A stretch of 55,435 nucleotides of DNA from a virus (taxonomy: Duplodnaviria; Caudoviricetes), in IMG/VR virus record IMGVR_UViG_3300025326_000038, positions 1 to 55,435 of that record; one strand, written 5' to 3'. Below, piece after piece: positions 1 to 8,886 of this stretch. The translations under genes were made by a program, and so were the position numbers. The notes beneath the pieces are model-generated. The model made no database searches, was not told the DNA's origin, and saw only the letters and a list, made by a program, of their open reading frames with translations. Every line of letters begins with the position of its first letter. Position 1 is the first letter of the stretch.

Positions 1-121
1 CCCGCCGCGCCGACCACCGCCCTCGCCGTGATCCCACACGGCTTGCCGTTCTCCGAAGAGGAGTGGGCGGCGCTCTCACCCACGGAGCAGCAGGAAGCGA
101 TCGCCTTCTTCCGGGAGGAGA
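1..121. repeat. Exact 121-nt copy of 46014-46134 (window start closes onto internal sequence)
   Basis: Base-by-base identity up to position 121; first mismatch at 122/46135. Confidence 0.95.
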
Positions 122-792
122 CGGCGGCGACGACGGAGGGGTTGCAGGTCACCTTCCCCCGTGCGAAGTTTCCCACCTCCGGGTCGTCGTTCTGGGAGCT
201 GCCAAGCGTGACCGGGGAACCCGAGGCGGCGAAGGAGATCGAGGGCGTCGTCGTCTGCAAGCAGAACACGCGAGCCTGGTGGATGGGGGCCGATGGCAAG
301 ACCTCCTTCGAGATCACGAATACCGCGCCGACGTGCTCCTCGCTCGACGGGATCACCCCTGTCGAGAGCGAAGATCGTCAGGCGGAAACATGCGCGAAAT
401 GCCCGCTTGCGAAGTGGGATACCGGCAAAGACGGCCGCGGGCAGGCCTGCAAGTCGCGGCTCAACGTGTTCATCCTCCGTCCGGGCGACGAGATCCCCAC
501 GCTGATCTCCTTGCCCCCGACGGCCATCAAACCCTTCGGCGCCTACGCCGTGGGCCTGCGCCAGAAGAAGTCCGCCCTGATCGCGGTGACGACGATCTTC
601 GGGCTCCAGGATGCGAAGTCCTCCGGCGGCACGGCCTACAAGGGCATCGCGCTCCGGATGGGCAAGCCGCTCACGTTCACCGAGATGAAAGCGGCGCGGA
701 CGATCTCCGACGCCTTCGAGTCGGCGATGCGGTCGCGGGGGATTCAGGTCGACGAAGCGGCGGCGGAGGACCCGGAGCCCGGCGAGGCCTAG
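28..792 (+). CDS. Cys-rich phage ssDNA-binding/recombination-type protein, allele A (5' end cut by the window edge)
   Basis: CSSxDG...CxxCP..W.....GQACK...LPPT pattern and acidic C-tail; homologue of 45999-46787, which has an RBS and ATG upstream. Confidence 0.5.
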   Translation: MIPHGLPFSEEEWAALSPTEQQEAIAFFREETAATTEGLQVTFPRAKFPTSGSSFWELPSVTGEPEAAKEIEGVVVCKQNTRAWWMGADGKTSFEITNTAPTCSSLDGITPVESEDRQAETCAKCPLAKWDTGKDGRGQACKSRLNVFILRPGDEIPTLISLPPTAIKPFGAYAVGLRQKKSALIAVTTIFGLQDAKSSGGTAYKGIALRMGKPLTFTEMKAARTISDAFESAMRSRGIQVDEAAAEDPEPGEA

Positions 793-795
793 CCC

Positions 796-1359
796 GTGTC
801 CTTCTGCCCCGGCTGGTTCCGCCCCTGGTGCGAAGCCCACAGTCTCAACGCTGATCGCCCGGACCGCTGGCCGGACGCGGCGCGCGCGGCGTTCATGGCC
901 GAGAAGCTCCGGCGCTTCCGCCTCCACTGGGCGTGGATGTCCACGCTCGGCCAACCCGCGATCATCCGGCAGCAGTCCGGGCGAGACGAGTTGATCCGGC
1001 AAGTGCGGCGAGACCTCAACGATGCCCTGTCGGAGCCACCCGCCAGCCTCGGGCGGCACGACCACCTGAGCCCGTACCGGAGAGAACCGGCGGGCAATGC
1101 TTCGGAGAGGGAAGCGGACATCCTCGCCAGCTACGAGGTCCGCACGTATCCCGATGGCTCGCGAGAGATCATCCTGCCCCACCGCCCGTCGCTCGCCGAA
1201 CGCCAGCAGGCGAAGCTTGACCCATGGAGACAGATCCCAATTGAGGACGTGTTGGCCTGGGTTTCGGAGACGCCGGACCGGATCAACCTGAGCGAGAGGA
1301 CGGCGCGGTGCCTCTACTGGCTGGAAAAGGAGTTTGGAGGTCCCCATGCTACCGTGTGA
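796..1359 (+). CDS. Hypothetical phage protein, allele A
   Basis: ORF conserved at the protein level with 47242-47793. Confidence 0.75.
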   Translation: MSFCPGWFRPWCEAHSLNADRPDRWPDAARAAFMAEKLRRFRLHWAWMSTLGQPAIIRQQSGRDELIRQVRRDLNDALSEPPASLGRHDHLSPYRREPAGNASEREADILASYEVRTYPDGSREIILPHRPSLAERQQAKLDPWRQIPIEDVLAWVSETPDRINLSERTARCLYWLEKEFGGPHATV

Positions 1360-1621
1360 CGGCTGCGCATATCGTCGATCGATCCCGGGCGGTACCCACA
1401 TCATCTGTACGTATTTCTGGGACCCGGAGAGTACGGAGGCGAGCCCGCTGACTCATCGCGTGTCGCCACGGGTGGCGCAGTGGTACTGCTTCCCGTTCAA
1501 TTACGATCCCCTGTGGGGACCGGACACCTGCGCGGCACGTGCGGAGATCGCTGACCCGGCCACCACGCAGCCTCAGCATCCGCTCTTCGATCTCTTCTCA
1601 ATCCTCGGACGACGCCTCTAG
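1346..1621 (+). CDS. Small Cys-rich phage protein, allele A
   Basis: GGAGG RBS, CDGCxY motif; conserved with 47780-48055. Confidence 0.75.
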   Translation: MLPCDGCAYRRSIPGGTHIICTYFWDPESTEASPLTHRVSPRVAQWYCFPFNYDPLWGPDTCAARAEIADPATTQPQHPLFDLFSILGRRL

Positions 1622-1787
1622 TGCCCACCTCCCCGAAATACTGCGAGTGCGGCCGGAAGATCGTCGTGCCGGTGCGGAAGCGGTGCAGGGGGGCCGCGTG
1701 ATGCCGGGCCGGGCGGCGCGCAAGGGACGGCTGCCGAAGCACGATCTCTGCCGGGCGTGCTGGAAGGCGCTGGGGTTGGGAAGATGA
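1621..1787 (+). pseudogene. Frameshifted allele of a small Zn-finger gene (intact at 48055-48222)
   Basis: 1-nt deletion near 1683 (cgg-tgcagg vs cggatgcagg) separates the CECG and CRAC halves. Confidence 0.65.
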
Positions 1788-1797
1788 AAACTTGGAA

Positions 1798-1977
1798 AGT
1801 GACGACCGCCTGTATGCACAAAACGATGCGACGCGGCTGTCTGTGCGCCCTGGTGGGAGTGACGACCGCCTGTATGCACAAAACGATGCGACGCGGCTGT
1901 CTGTGCGCCCTGGTGGGAGTGACGACCGCCTGTATGCACAAAACGATGCGACGCGGCTGTCTGTGCGCCCTGGTGGG
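1798..1977. repeat. Three perfect tandem copies of a 60-nt unit, inside mini-ORF 1784-1987
   Basis: agtgacgaccgcctgtatgcacaaaacgatgcgacgcggctgtctgtgcgccctggtggg x3; absent from arm B. Confidence 0.97.
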
Positions 1978-1983
1978 GAAGAA

Positions 1984-2358
1984 GTGATCCCCATTCCCAC
2001 GCTCGCCGAGGTCGTCGCCGACGGCGCCAAGCTCGCCGATCTGCCCTTCACGGCGCTCTGGGCCTTGCTCCGTGACGTGGGGCAACTGGAGAAAGAGATC
2101 ATCGCGGCGATGCTGCCGGCGGCCAACAAGACTATGGCATCTACCGCCATACCGGAGGACCGCGCCCTGACAATCGAGGAAGCGGCCCAGCGACTCCGAA
2201 TCGCCCCGGCAACGATGCAGAAGTGGCTGAGAAAACCGCCGTATGATGCCGCCGTCGTGGTGCGCTCACGCACCTGCGTCAGAGTGAGCGCCCAGCGACT
2301 GGACGACATTCTTCTCAACGGCGGGGCGCGGCCTCGCAGGAAGGCGGTGTCGGGATGA
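1984..2358 (+). CDS. Excisionase-like HTH protein, allele A
   Basis: LTIEEAAQRLRIAPATMQKW HTH; stop overlaps the integrase start. Confidence 0.7.
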   Translation: MIPIPTLAEVVADGAKLADLPFTALWALLRDVGQLEKEIIAAMLPAANKTMASTAIPEDRALTIEEAAQRLRIAPATMQKWLRKPPYDAAVVVRSRTCVRVSAQRLDDILLNGGARPRRKAVSG

Positions 2359-3440
2359 GAGGGCAAGGGCGGATCTATCATCGAGGGGACGCACTGTGGA
2401 TTTCCTGGTACGCGAAGGGTGACCGGAGAGAAGCGGTCAGCACACTCGTCGGCAAGCCCGCGGGCAGCGTGACCTATGACGACGCCGTCAAGGCGCTCAA
2501 GCGACGGCTCGAGCAGAAGCGTGAGCAGCTCCTGCGCGGCTCCATCCTGCCGAAGCGCACGGAGCGCTTGACCGTTGCCCAGCTTCTCGCGGAGTACAAG
2601 ACCCACCGCCTGATCCATGGCGTCAAGCGCCCGGTGGACTTCGCCTGCACGATCAAAGCGCTCGGCACCTGGTGGGGGCATCTCGTGCCCGCCAGGCTGA
2701 CGACCGAGGACCTCGAACGGGAGATCCAGGCCAAGCTCGCCAAAGGCTTCGCCCGGGGGACGATCGCCCAGCGCCTCAGCGGGCTCTACGCGGCGCTCCG
2801 GTGGGCCAAGGAGAGGCTGCCGCGCGTCCCGGACAAGCCGCGGATCTCCGTGCCGCTCGGGCCCAAGGCGGTCTGGACGCCGGCCGAGGTTGACGCGCTC
2901 TGTGCCGAGGCCAAGCCCTGGCTCGCGGACATCGTGCGCTTCGGGCAGCTGACCGGGTGGCGGATCTCGGAGGTGCTCGACCTCTCCTGGGACCGCGTGG
3001 ATAGCAAGCGCGGCCTCCTCTTCCTGGACGAGACGAAGACCGACGACCCGCGGGTGCGGCCGATCGAGCCGGCCATGGCGGATCTCCTCGCCAGGCGGAC
3101 CACGGCGCGACGGCTGGGTTGCGCGCTCGTGTTCCACGTGGACGGATTGCCGGTCGGGGACGACCGCTTCCACCGGGCCTTCCGGGCGGCGTGTGGCCGG
3201 GCGAAGCTCGGGGTCAGGCGGTTCCATGCCTTCAGGAACAGCGCCTATGACACCCTGCTCTTGAACGGCGTGGACCTCTTCACGGCCATGGAGCTGATCG
3301 GGCACAAGTCGCTCAGCTCGGCGCGCCGGTACAGCCGGCAGAACGTCGACCGGATGCGAGGCGCGCTCGAGCGGGTGGAGGCAGCACGCTCGGCACAGCC
3401 GAACACTCCCAGCACAGCAGTCCTGCCATTCACCCGCTGA
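2355..3440 (+). CDS. int: Tyrosine recombinase/integrase, allele A
   Basis: TGWRISE (R), HAFR (HxxR) and GHKS...RRY (H, Y) catalytic motifs. Confidence 0.93.
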   Translation: MRGQGRIYHRGDALWISWYAKGDRREAVSTLVGKPAGSVTYDDAVKALKRRLEQKREQLLRGSILPKRTERLTVAQLLAEYKTHRLIHGVKRPVDFACTIKALGTWWGHLVPARLTTEDLEREIQAKLAKGFARGTIAQRLSGLYAALRWAKERLPRVPDKPRISVPLGPKAVWTPAEVDALCAEAKPWLADIVRFGQLTGWRISEVLDLSWDRVDSKRGLLFLDETKTDDPRVRPIEPAMADLLARRTTARRLGCALVFHVDGLPVGDDRFHRAFRAACGRAKLGVRRFHAFRNSAYDTLLLNGVDLFTAMELIGHKSLSSARRYSRQNVDRMRGALERVEAARSAQPNTPSTAVLPFTR

Positions 3441-3485
3441 ATCAGAGGGCTTGATGCCGAACGCGGCAATCTGGGGTAGAAGGAA

Positions 3486-3508
3486 GCGCGCCCTAGCAGG
3501 AGTCCTGC
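3486..3508 (-). other. Candidate attP core resembling a degenerate tRNA 3' end
   Basis: Minus strand gcagg-act-cctgc-tagggcgcgc in the non-coding gap after int; identical at 49721-49743. Confidence 0.4.
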
Positions 3509-3644
3509 CAAGGACACCCCAGCTAGGTAATCAGGTACTTCGGCCAGGGGCCGCCTCTCCCGGGCGGTCTCTGGTCGCCTCTGTCGGACGTAGATTCGCT
3601 GCACATTTGCCTCACAGCGCCCCGTACAGGCTCCTGCACACGGC

Positions 3645-4142
3645 ATGACCCAGCCAGACATCGCCTCCCAGCAGCCCAGGTTGTGCCCCAGGGACGGGTA
3701 CGCGCTGGTCTTGGATGATGTGATCGCCCGGACGGCGATCGACGCGGGCTGGCCCGCGGTGGCGCTCTGGCGGTGCAGAATGGGCCATAGCCACCGCGAC
3801 TGGCCGCCCGAGCAGATGGCCGCCCGCCGGACGGACCCTTCGGTGCGGAAACCGTGTGCTGTGTGCGGCCGACCCCTGCCCAGAAAGCCACGGCTCCACG
3901 GCTCCGGTGGTCGCAAGTATTGCCCCGGTCCCTGCACGGCTTTCGTCAAGCGTGAACGAGGCCTCTGGCTCTGGCATCACGGGCCGCCGTTCGTGATCGA
4001 GGCGCAGCCCTGGTATAAGGGCCCGCTCTACCAGGCGCCGCCGCTGCCCCTGCTCGACCCGCTGGCCGGCCGGATGCCGCGCGACTGGGCGGCGGGGTGG
4101 AGGCGCGTCCACGGCGTCGAGGCACCCGAGATAGCCGCATGA
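3645..4142 (+). CDS. Zn-binding hypothetical protein, allele A
   Basis: CPRDG, CRMGH, CAVCG and YCPGPC motifs; homologue at 49880-50362. Confidence 0.7.
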   Translation: MTQPDIASQQPRLCPRDGYALVLDDVIARTAIDAGWPAVALWRCRMGHSHRDWPPEQMAARRTDPSVRKPCAVCGRPLPRKPRLHGSGGRKYCPGPCTAFVKRERGLWLWHHGPPFVIEAQPWYKGPLYQAPPLPLLDPLAGRMPRDWAAGWRRVHGVEAPEIAA

Positions 4143-4801
4143 TCGACGCCCCGATCGGCGCAACGAACCCCGTCCGGTGGCAGCAGGCCGAGCCCGAGCG
4201 CTTCGGCCTCATGTCTGGCTACGCTTGGCGGCACGATCCGCGGCACGTTCTCTTCACCCTGGCCCGCTACAAGTTCGTCGCGAAGATGCTGGCCGGCAAG
4301 GGGCCCATCCTCGAGATCGGATGCGCGGACGGGTTCGGGACGCGGCTGGTCGCGCAAGGGGGAGATCTCGTCGTCGGGATCGATGCGGATCCCGTGATGC
4401 TGCACTCAGCCGAACGGACGCGCGGAACCTTTCGTATCGCCTTCCGCAGGCATGATCTGCTGGACAGTCCCTTCGGTCAATTCAGGGGCGCCTTTGCGAT
4501 CGACGTTCTCGAGCATATCCCGCCGAGCCGCGAGGAGGACTTCATGCGGCACGCCGCGCGATCCCTTCACCTGGCGGGCATCTTGATCCTCGGCACGCCG
4601 TCACGCGAGTCCCAACCGTACGCCTCCGAGCCGAGCCGTGAGGGCCATGTCAACGTCAAGACGCAGGCTGCACTCCGTGCCTTGTGCGAACGCCATTTCA
4701 CGACAGTCTTCCTCCTCGGCATGAACGATGAGGTCGTGCATACCGGCTTCGGGCCGATGTGCCACTACCTCTGGGCGCTCTGCGTGGGACCCCGGGGATG
4801 A
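4139..4801 (+). CDS. Class I SAM-dependent methyltransferase (arm A only)
   Basis: ILEIGCADGFG motif I, VVGID, DVLEHI. Confidence 0.88.
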   Translation: MIDAPIGATNPVRWQQAEPERFGLMSGYAWRHDPRHVLFTLARYKFVAKMLAGKGPILEIGCADGFGTRLVAQGGDLVVGIDADPVMLHSAERTRGTFRIAFRRHDLLDSPFGQFRGAFAIDVLEHIPPSREEDFMRHAARSLHLAGILILGTPSRESQPYASEPSREGHVNVKTQAALRALCERHFTTVFLLGMNDEVVHTGFGPMCHYLWALCVGPRG

Positions 4802-6267
4802 GCGCGCCTCTGATCGCCTCGACGCGCCGCCCGCAGACGTCCCACGAACGTGCCGTCGCCCTTGCCCTCGCCCGCCGTTGGGAGGACGCCGCGCAGGCGT
4901 TCCGCGCCATCCTCCGGCGCCAGGACACCGGTGAGATCCGCCAGGCGATTGCGACCTGCCTCATGTGCCTGCACCGGACCGAGGAAGCGATCACAGAGTA
5001 TCGGCGGGCCCTCAAGCGCGATCCGACGCTCGTCCGGTCGCGGAACAACCTGATCTTTCTCCTCGATCATCAGCCGTCGACGACGATCGCGGACGCGTGG
5101 CGGGAGCGGCACGCCTGGTGGAAGATCCATGGTGAGCCGCTCGCCCCACAGTGTCTCCCGCACGAGAACCGACCGGACCCTGAACGGCCTCTCCGCGTCG
5201 GCTATGTCTCGGCCGACTTCCGCGGTCACTCAGCGGCCTTCGGGTTCGGGCCCGTGGTGCTGCGCCACACCGACGCGATCGCCGTGTACTGCTACTCGCT
5301 GTCGAACCGGGATGATGCGATGACCGATCTCTTCCGTGCGCGGGCCGCCGGGTGGCGCGATTGCGTGGATTCCACACCCATCGATCTCGTCGACCTGATC
5401 CGTGCCGACGCGATCGACCTGCTCGTCGACCTCTCCGGGTTTTCCGCGGGAAACAGTCTTCAGACCTTCTGCTACAAGCCCGCGCCAGTGCAAATCACAG
5501 CCTGGGGGTACGCCACAGGGACCGGCTGCAAGATCTTCGACGCTTTCTTCGCCGATGCCTACACGGTGCCGCCGCATCTCGAGCGGTACTACACGGAGCC
5601 GGTCATGCGACTGCCCTCCATCGTGCCGTACATGGGCCCGGGGTATGCGCCAGGACCGGCTATCCGTGATCCGGGCGCGCCATTCACGTTCGGCTCGTTC
5701 AGCCGGCCGGAGAAGTGCACGCTGCCGACACTCGCCCTCTGGGCCGATGTCCTCCGCCGCGTGCCCGGATCCCGGCTACTCGTCAAGGACAACGGCTACG
5801 GGCGGGCCGCAACCGCCGAACGCTTCCGCCGGGATCTCGGGCGGCGCGGGATCGATCCGACGCGCGTGGATGTCCGGGGGTTCTCGGAGCACGCCGAGCA
5901 CCTGGGCGCGTATGCCGAGGTGGACTTCGTGCTCGACACGACACCGCACACGGGCGGGATCAGCTCGCTCGAGGCGCTGTGGATGGGCGTGCCGATGGTG
6001 ACACTGCCCGGGGAACGGACCGCCTCGCGACTTTCCGGCTCCTTCCTGGCGACACTCGGGATGCCCGCGCTGATCGGCCATGATGCGAAGGGCTACGTCG
6101 AGATCGCCGTGGCATGGAGCGGGCGGCGGGCCGAGCTCGCGGCACTCCGGAGGACGCTCCGCGAGCGCTTGGTCGCTTCACCCATCAATGCCGGCTACGT
6201 GGTCGCGGTTGAAGCCGCCTATCGCCAACTCTGGCGCGCCTGGTGCGCGCGACAGGCGCCCCGATGA
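4798..6267 (+). CDS. TPR + GT41 O-GlcNAc transferase-like (SPINDLY-type) glycosyltransferase (arm A only)
   Basis: N-terminal TPR; RVGYVSADFRGHS, IDLLVDLSG, PAPVQITAWGY, FGSF..PEK, LDTTPHTGG.SSLEALWMGVPMVTL. Confidence 0.92.
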   Translation: MSAPLIASTRRPQTSHERAVALALARRWEDAAQAFRAILRRQDTGEIRQAIATCLMCLHRTEEAITEYRRALKRDPTLVRSRNNLIFLLDHQPSTTIADAWRERHAWWKIHGEPLAPQCLPHENRPDPERPLRVGYVSADFRGHSAAFGFGPVVLRHTDAIAVYCYSLSNRDDAMTDLFRARAAGWRDCVDSTPIDLVDLIRADAIDLLVDLSGFSAGNSLQTFCYKPAPVQITAWGYATGTGCKIFDAFFADAYTVPPHLERYYTEPVMRLPSIVPYMGPGYAPGPAIRDPGAPFTFGSFSRPEKCTLPTLALWADVLRRVPGSRLLVKDNGYGRAATAERFRRDLGRRGIDPTRVDVRGFSEHAEHLGAYAEVDFVLDTTPHTGGISSLEALWMGVPMVTLPGERTASRLSGSFLATLGMPALIGHDAKGYVEIAVAWSGRRAELAALRRTLRERLVASPINAGYVVAVEAAYRQLWRAWCARQAPR

Positions 6268-6605
6268 GTGATGCCCACGCCGAAGGGCACTGGACCCACG
6301 ACCAGCGCGTGCAGGAGATCGAGCGGCTGGCGAAGGTGCTTGCCGCGCAGATCGGCTGCACGTGCCCCATGATCTACTCCCGCGGCGGGCACCCACACGA
6401 CGCGGACTGCGCCCGCGAGCACGTCCTCCGGCTGCTCATCACGGGTCTCATCTTCTGGGACGGCTACCTGGCGTGGCTCTCGATGTCCCAGGTGGCGCGC
6501 ACGCTCGCCGAGGATGTCGCCGCGCAGTTCCAGCCAGATGATCTCGAAGGGAAGCTCGCGCGGTCCGCAATGGGTTATGCGCGCTGGAAAGCCGGGATGG
6601 CATGA
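6264..6605 (+). CDS. Hypothetical protein
   Basis: ATGA-coupled ORF within the operon. Confidence 0.6.
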   Translation: MSDAHAEGHWTHDQRVQEIERLAKVLAAQIGCTCPMIYSRGGHPHDADCAREHVLRLLITGLIFWDGYLAWLSMSQVARTLAEDVAAQFQPDDLEGKLARSAMGYARWKAGMA

Positions 6606-7114
6606 CCGTCACGTGTCCCCGGCAATGCGGCTCCGAAGGGTTCGAGAATCCCGGCGCGCTCGCGGCCCACCTGATCGACGCCCACGACATGGCCGGGAGC
6701 GCCGCGCTGGCGACGGCGCGGGAGGTCGCCGGGCTGAGCCGCGCGTATCGTCCTCCGAAACCTGTCCTTCCGAACGTATCCACGACAAAGGAGGCTCCCA
6801 TGACCTGCAAGATCTGCGGCGGTGACCATCGCTCCGACAACAAGATCTGCCCGAAGCACGGTGGCACGAAAGATGGGGGGGGCAACATGGCCAGTAAGCC
6901 GCGTGCCGTCGCGAAGAGAAAGCCTATCACGCGACGGCACCCGAAGCCGCCGAAGAAGGCCGCCGCCACTTCGGGCAACGGCCTGCTCTCGGAGCTCGAC
7001 GCGCTCCGGTCCACGGCGGCCGCGCTCGAGCCGCTGGGCCCGGTCGAGCGCCTGCACGTCCTGGCGTGCGTGTGCAAGCTGCTCGCGATCGACACGTCCG
7101 ACCTGGCCTCGTGA
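6602..7114 (+). CDS. C2H2/Cys-finger hypothetical protein
   Basis: CPRQC...LAAHLIDAH and CKICGGDH..C motifs; basic linker. Confidence 0.6.
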   Translation: MTVTCPRQCGSEGFENPGALAAHLIDAHDMAGSAALATAREVAGLSRAYRPPKPVLPNVSTTKEAPMTCKICGGDHRSDNKICPKHGGTKDGGGNMASKPRAVAKRKPITRRHPKPPKKAAATSGNGLLSELDALRSTAAALEPLGPVERLHVLACVCKLLAIDTSDLAS

Positions 7115-7133
7115 CCGCGTGATCGCTTTCATT

Positions 7134-7175
7134 CTCGCCGCGAAGCGGCTCCGGCAGGCGGTGCTGCCGCTATGA
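7134..7175 (+). pseudogene. 3' remnant of the arm B DNA methyltransferase gene
   Basis: 39/42 nt identical to 52066-52107 (LAAKRLRQxVLPL*). Confidence 0.75.
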
Positions 7176-7639
7176 GGAAGCCCCGCGAGCAAGACACGGT
7201 GGCGGCGATCCTCCAGCTCCTCCACGCCCATCGCATTCCAGCATGGCGGATCAACACAGGCGCCACGAAGATCGGCGGACGGTTCATCCGGTTCGGCGCG
7301 GTGGGGATGAGCGACATCCTTGCGCTTCGACCTAGAACAGTTATTGAGCTTTTGCCGCATGACGGGCATGGCGTAAGCCATCCTGCTGGCTGCGGCGGAC
7401 AGTGTAACGGTCCGATGCTCGGGCAGTGGATAAGCATCGAGGTCAAGAGCGCGACAGGAAAGACAACGCCCGCCCAGCAGAGCTTTCTGGATCAGGTGAA
7501 CGCGGCGGGCGGCAGAGCGTTTGTGGCACGGAGCGTGGATGACGTGGCCCGCGAACTCGATTTCCCACCCTCCCCCACCGTCGGCGGCCGGCCGATCTCG
7601 TGGGCGACGGCGCGGCGGATCAGCAAGGATGGGCCATGA
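7172..7639 (+). CDS. VRR-NUC family nuclease (putative Holliday junction resolvase)
   Basis: WRINTG, GMSDI, IEVK..GK.TP.Q..F, GG.A.VARS motifs. Confidence 0.85.
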   Translation: MRKPREQDTVAAILQLLHAHRIPAWRINTGATKIGGRFIRFGAVGMSDILALRPRTVIELLPHDGHGVSHPAGCGGQCNGPMLGQWISIEVKSATGKTTPAQQSFLDQVNAAGGRAFVARSVDDVARELDFPPSPTVGGRPISWATARRISKDGP

Positions 7640-7833
7640 GCGCCTGCCCGAATAATCTGGCGGACGCCACGCGCTACTTCCGGCGGCTGTTCCTCCTACA
7701 CCACCTAGCGGCAGCCGGGACGATCACCGCGACCGCCACGCAACTCGGGACGCAGCGGACGTACATTACCCGCCTCAATCGGCAATTGGACGTCGAAGGC
7801 CCCCGATCTTCGAAGCGCCCGGAACGGACATGA
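7636..7833 (+). CDS. Fis-type HTH protein, allele A
   Basis: L.DA...F.R......GTITATATQLG.QRTYI; homologue at 52810-53007. Confidence 0.65.
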   Translation: MSACPNNLADATRYFRRLFLLHHLAAAGTITATATQLGTQRTYITRLNRQLDVEGPRSSKRPERT

Positions 7834-8115
7834 CGACACCGATGGATGATCTCAGCCCGAAAGCACGCGAACTCAAGCGGTTCCTGGAGCATCTCGTGAC
7901 CGTCCATGTGACGACCGATCTCGCAGGCGTGTCGGGGTGTGGGCAGTGCGACCACTTCAAGGCGGCGCTGGCATGAGCTCTGCTCGCTGCCTCGCCCGCC
8001 TTCTGACCCTCGCGGCGCTCGCCTGTCTCCTGGCCGTCTCCCTCTGGCCCGAGCCGGTCTGCCGGGCGTGCGGGGCGGAGATTTTGCGGGATAGCGTGCT
8101 GCTGAGGGCGCGGTG

Positions 8116-8517
8116 ATGGGATTCAAGTCGGGCCGGAAAGTGACGTTCTGCGCGGAGCGGCTCCAGCAGGCCCGCGAGTGCCGAGGATTGAGTCAGCGAC
8201 AACTCGCCGCAAAAGTCGGCGTGCATGTCGAGTTCGTCAAGGAATGGGAGAAGGGCGGCTCGCTGCCGAAGCGCGGCACGTTTTCAGTAGATCAAGTCGC
8301 CTCGCTGGCTCTCGCGCTCGGCTTTCCCGTCTCATTCTTCTACCAAGAGCCACCGCCTCCGCTCGGTCCTACCTCACTGGACTACCACGGCACCAGACTC
8401 GTCTGTGATGCCTGCGACGAGGATGTGGAGTCGTGGCAAGTCGTCGAAGCGAACGGACAAGACTTCCACCCTGAATGCTCACCGCCCCGTGATAGAGCGG
8501 GAGAGACCAAGCCATGA
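8116..8517 (+). CDS. XRE-family HTH regulator with C-terminal Cys/His finger
   Basis: RLQQARECRGLSQRQLAAKVGV...WEKG...LALALG.PVSFF; CDAC...HPEC. Confidence 0.85.
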   Translation: MGFKSGRKVTFCAERLQQARECRGLSQRQLAAKVGVHVEFVKEWEKGGSLPKRGTFSVDQVASLALALGFPVSFFYQEPPPPLGPTSLDYHGTRLVCDACDEDVESWQVVEANGQDFHPECSPPRDRAGETKP

Positions 8518-8864
8518 CCGCCCTTGATCGGCAGACGGCGCTGGAGCGGCTGTACGTGGCCGCGCTCAACATGTACAAACAGTACCGCGACGCTCCACGG
8601 GATATCGTCATGCAGCTTCGAGATGCTCTCATCGCCGTTGAGGAGGCCGCGCTGGAGGGGGAACTCAAGGAACGAATGGAGTGGTGGCGGGCTCGCTGGG
8701 AGAAGGAATGTGCCGACCTCGCCGACGCCCGCGCGGCGATTCGAGAGGCGGGCATATTGCTCCGCCATGCCTATGGTCCCGTAGAATCTGCGAAGCCGTG
8801 GACCGAATACGATCTATGGCTCGCCCTGCCCGCTGTCGTCGCGGCGTTGGAGGAGAAGAAATGA
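8514..8864 (+). CDS. Hypothetical protein
   Basis: Coupled ORF; C-terminus WLALPAVVAA shared with 53782-54198. Confidence 0.65.
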   Translation: MTALDRQTALERLYVAALNMYKQYRDAPRDIVMQLRDALIAVEEAALEGELKERMEWWRARWEKECADLADARAAIREAGILLRHAYGPVESAKPWTEYDLWLALPAVVAALEEKK

Positions 8865-8886
8865 TGCTCTACCACGGGGACTGCCG

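Noticed and set aside
1798-1977. CRISPR array
   Set aside because: Units abut with no unique spacers, and there are no cas genes.
3486-3508. Intact tRNA gene
   Set aside because: Only a degenerate 3' fragment; no D arm, anticodon arm or TTCG loop.
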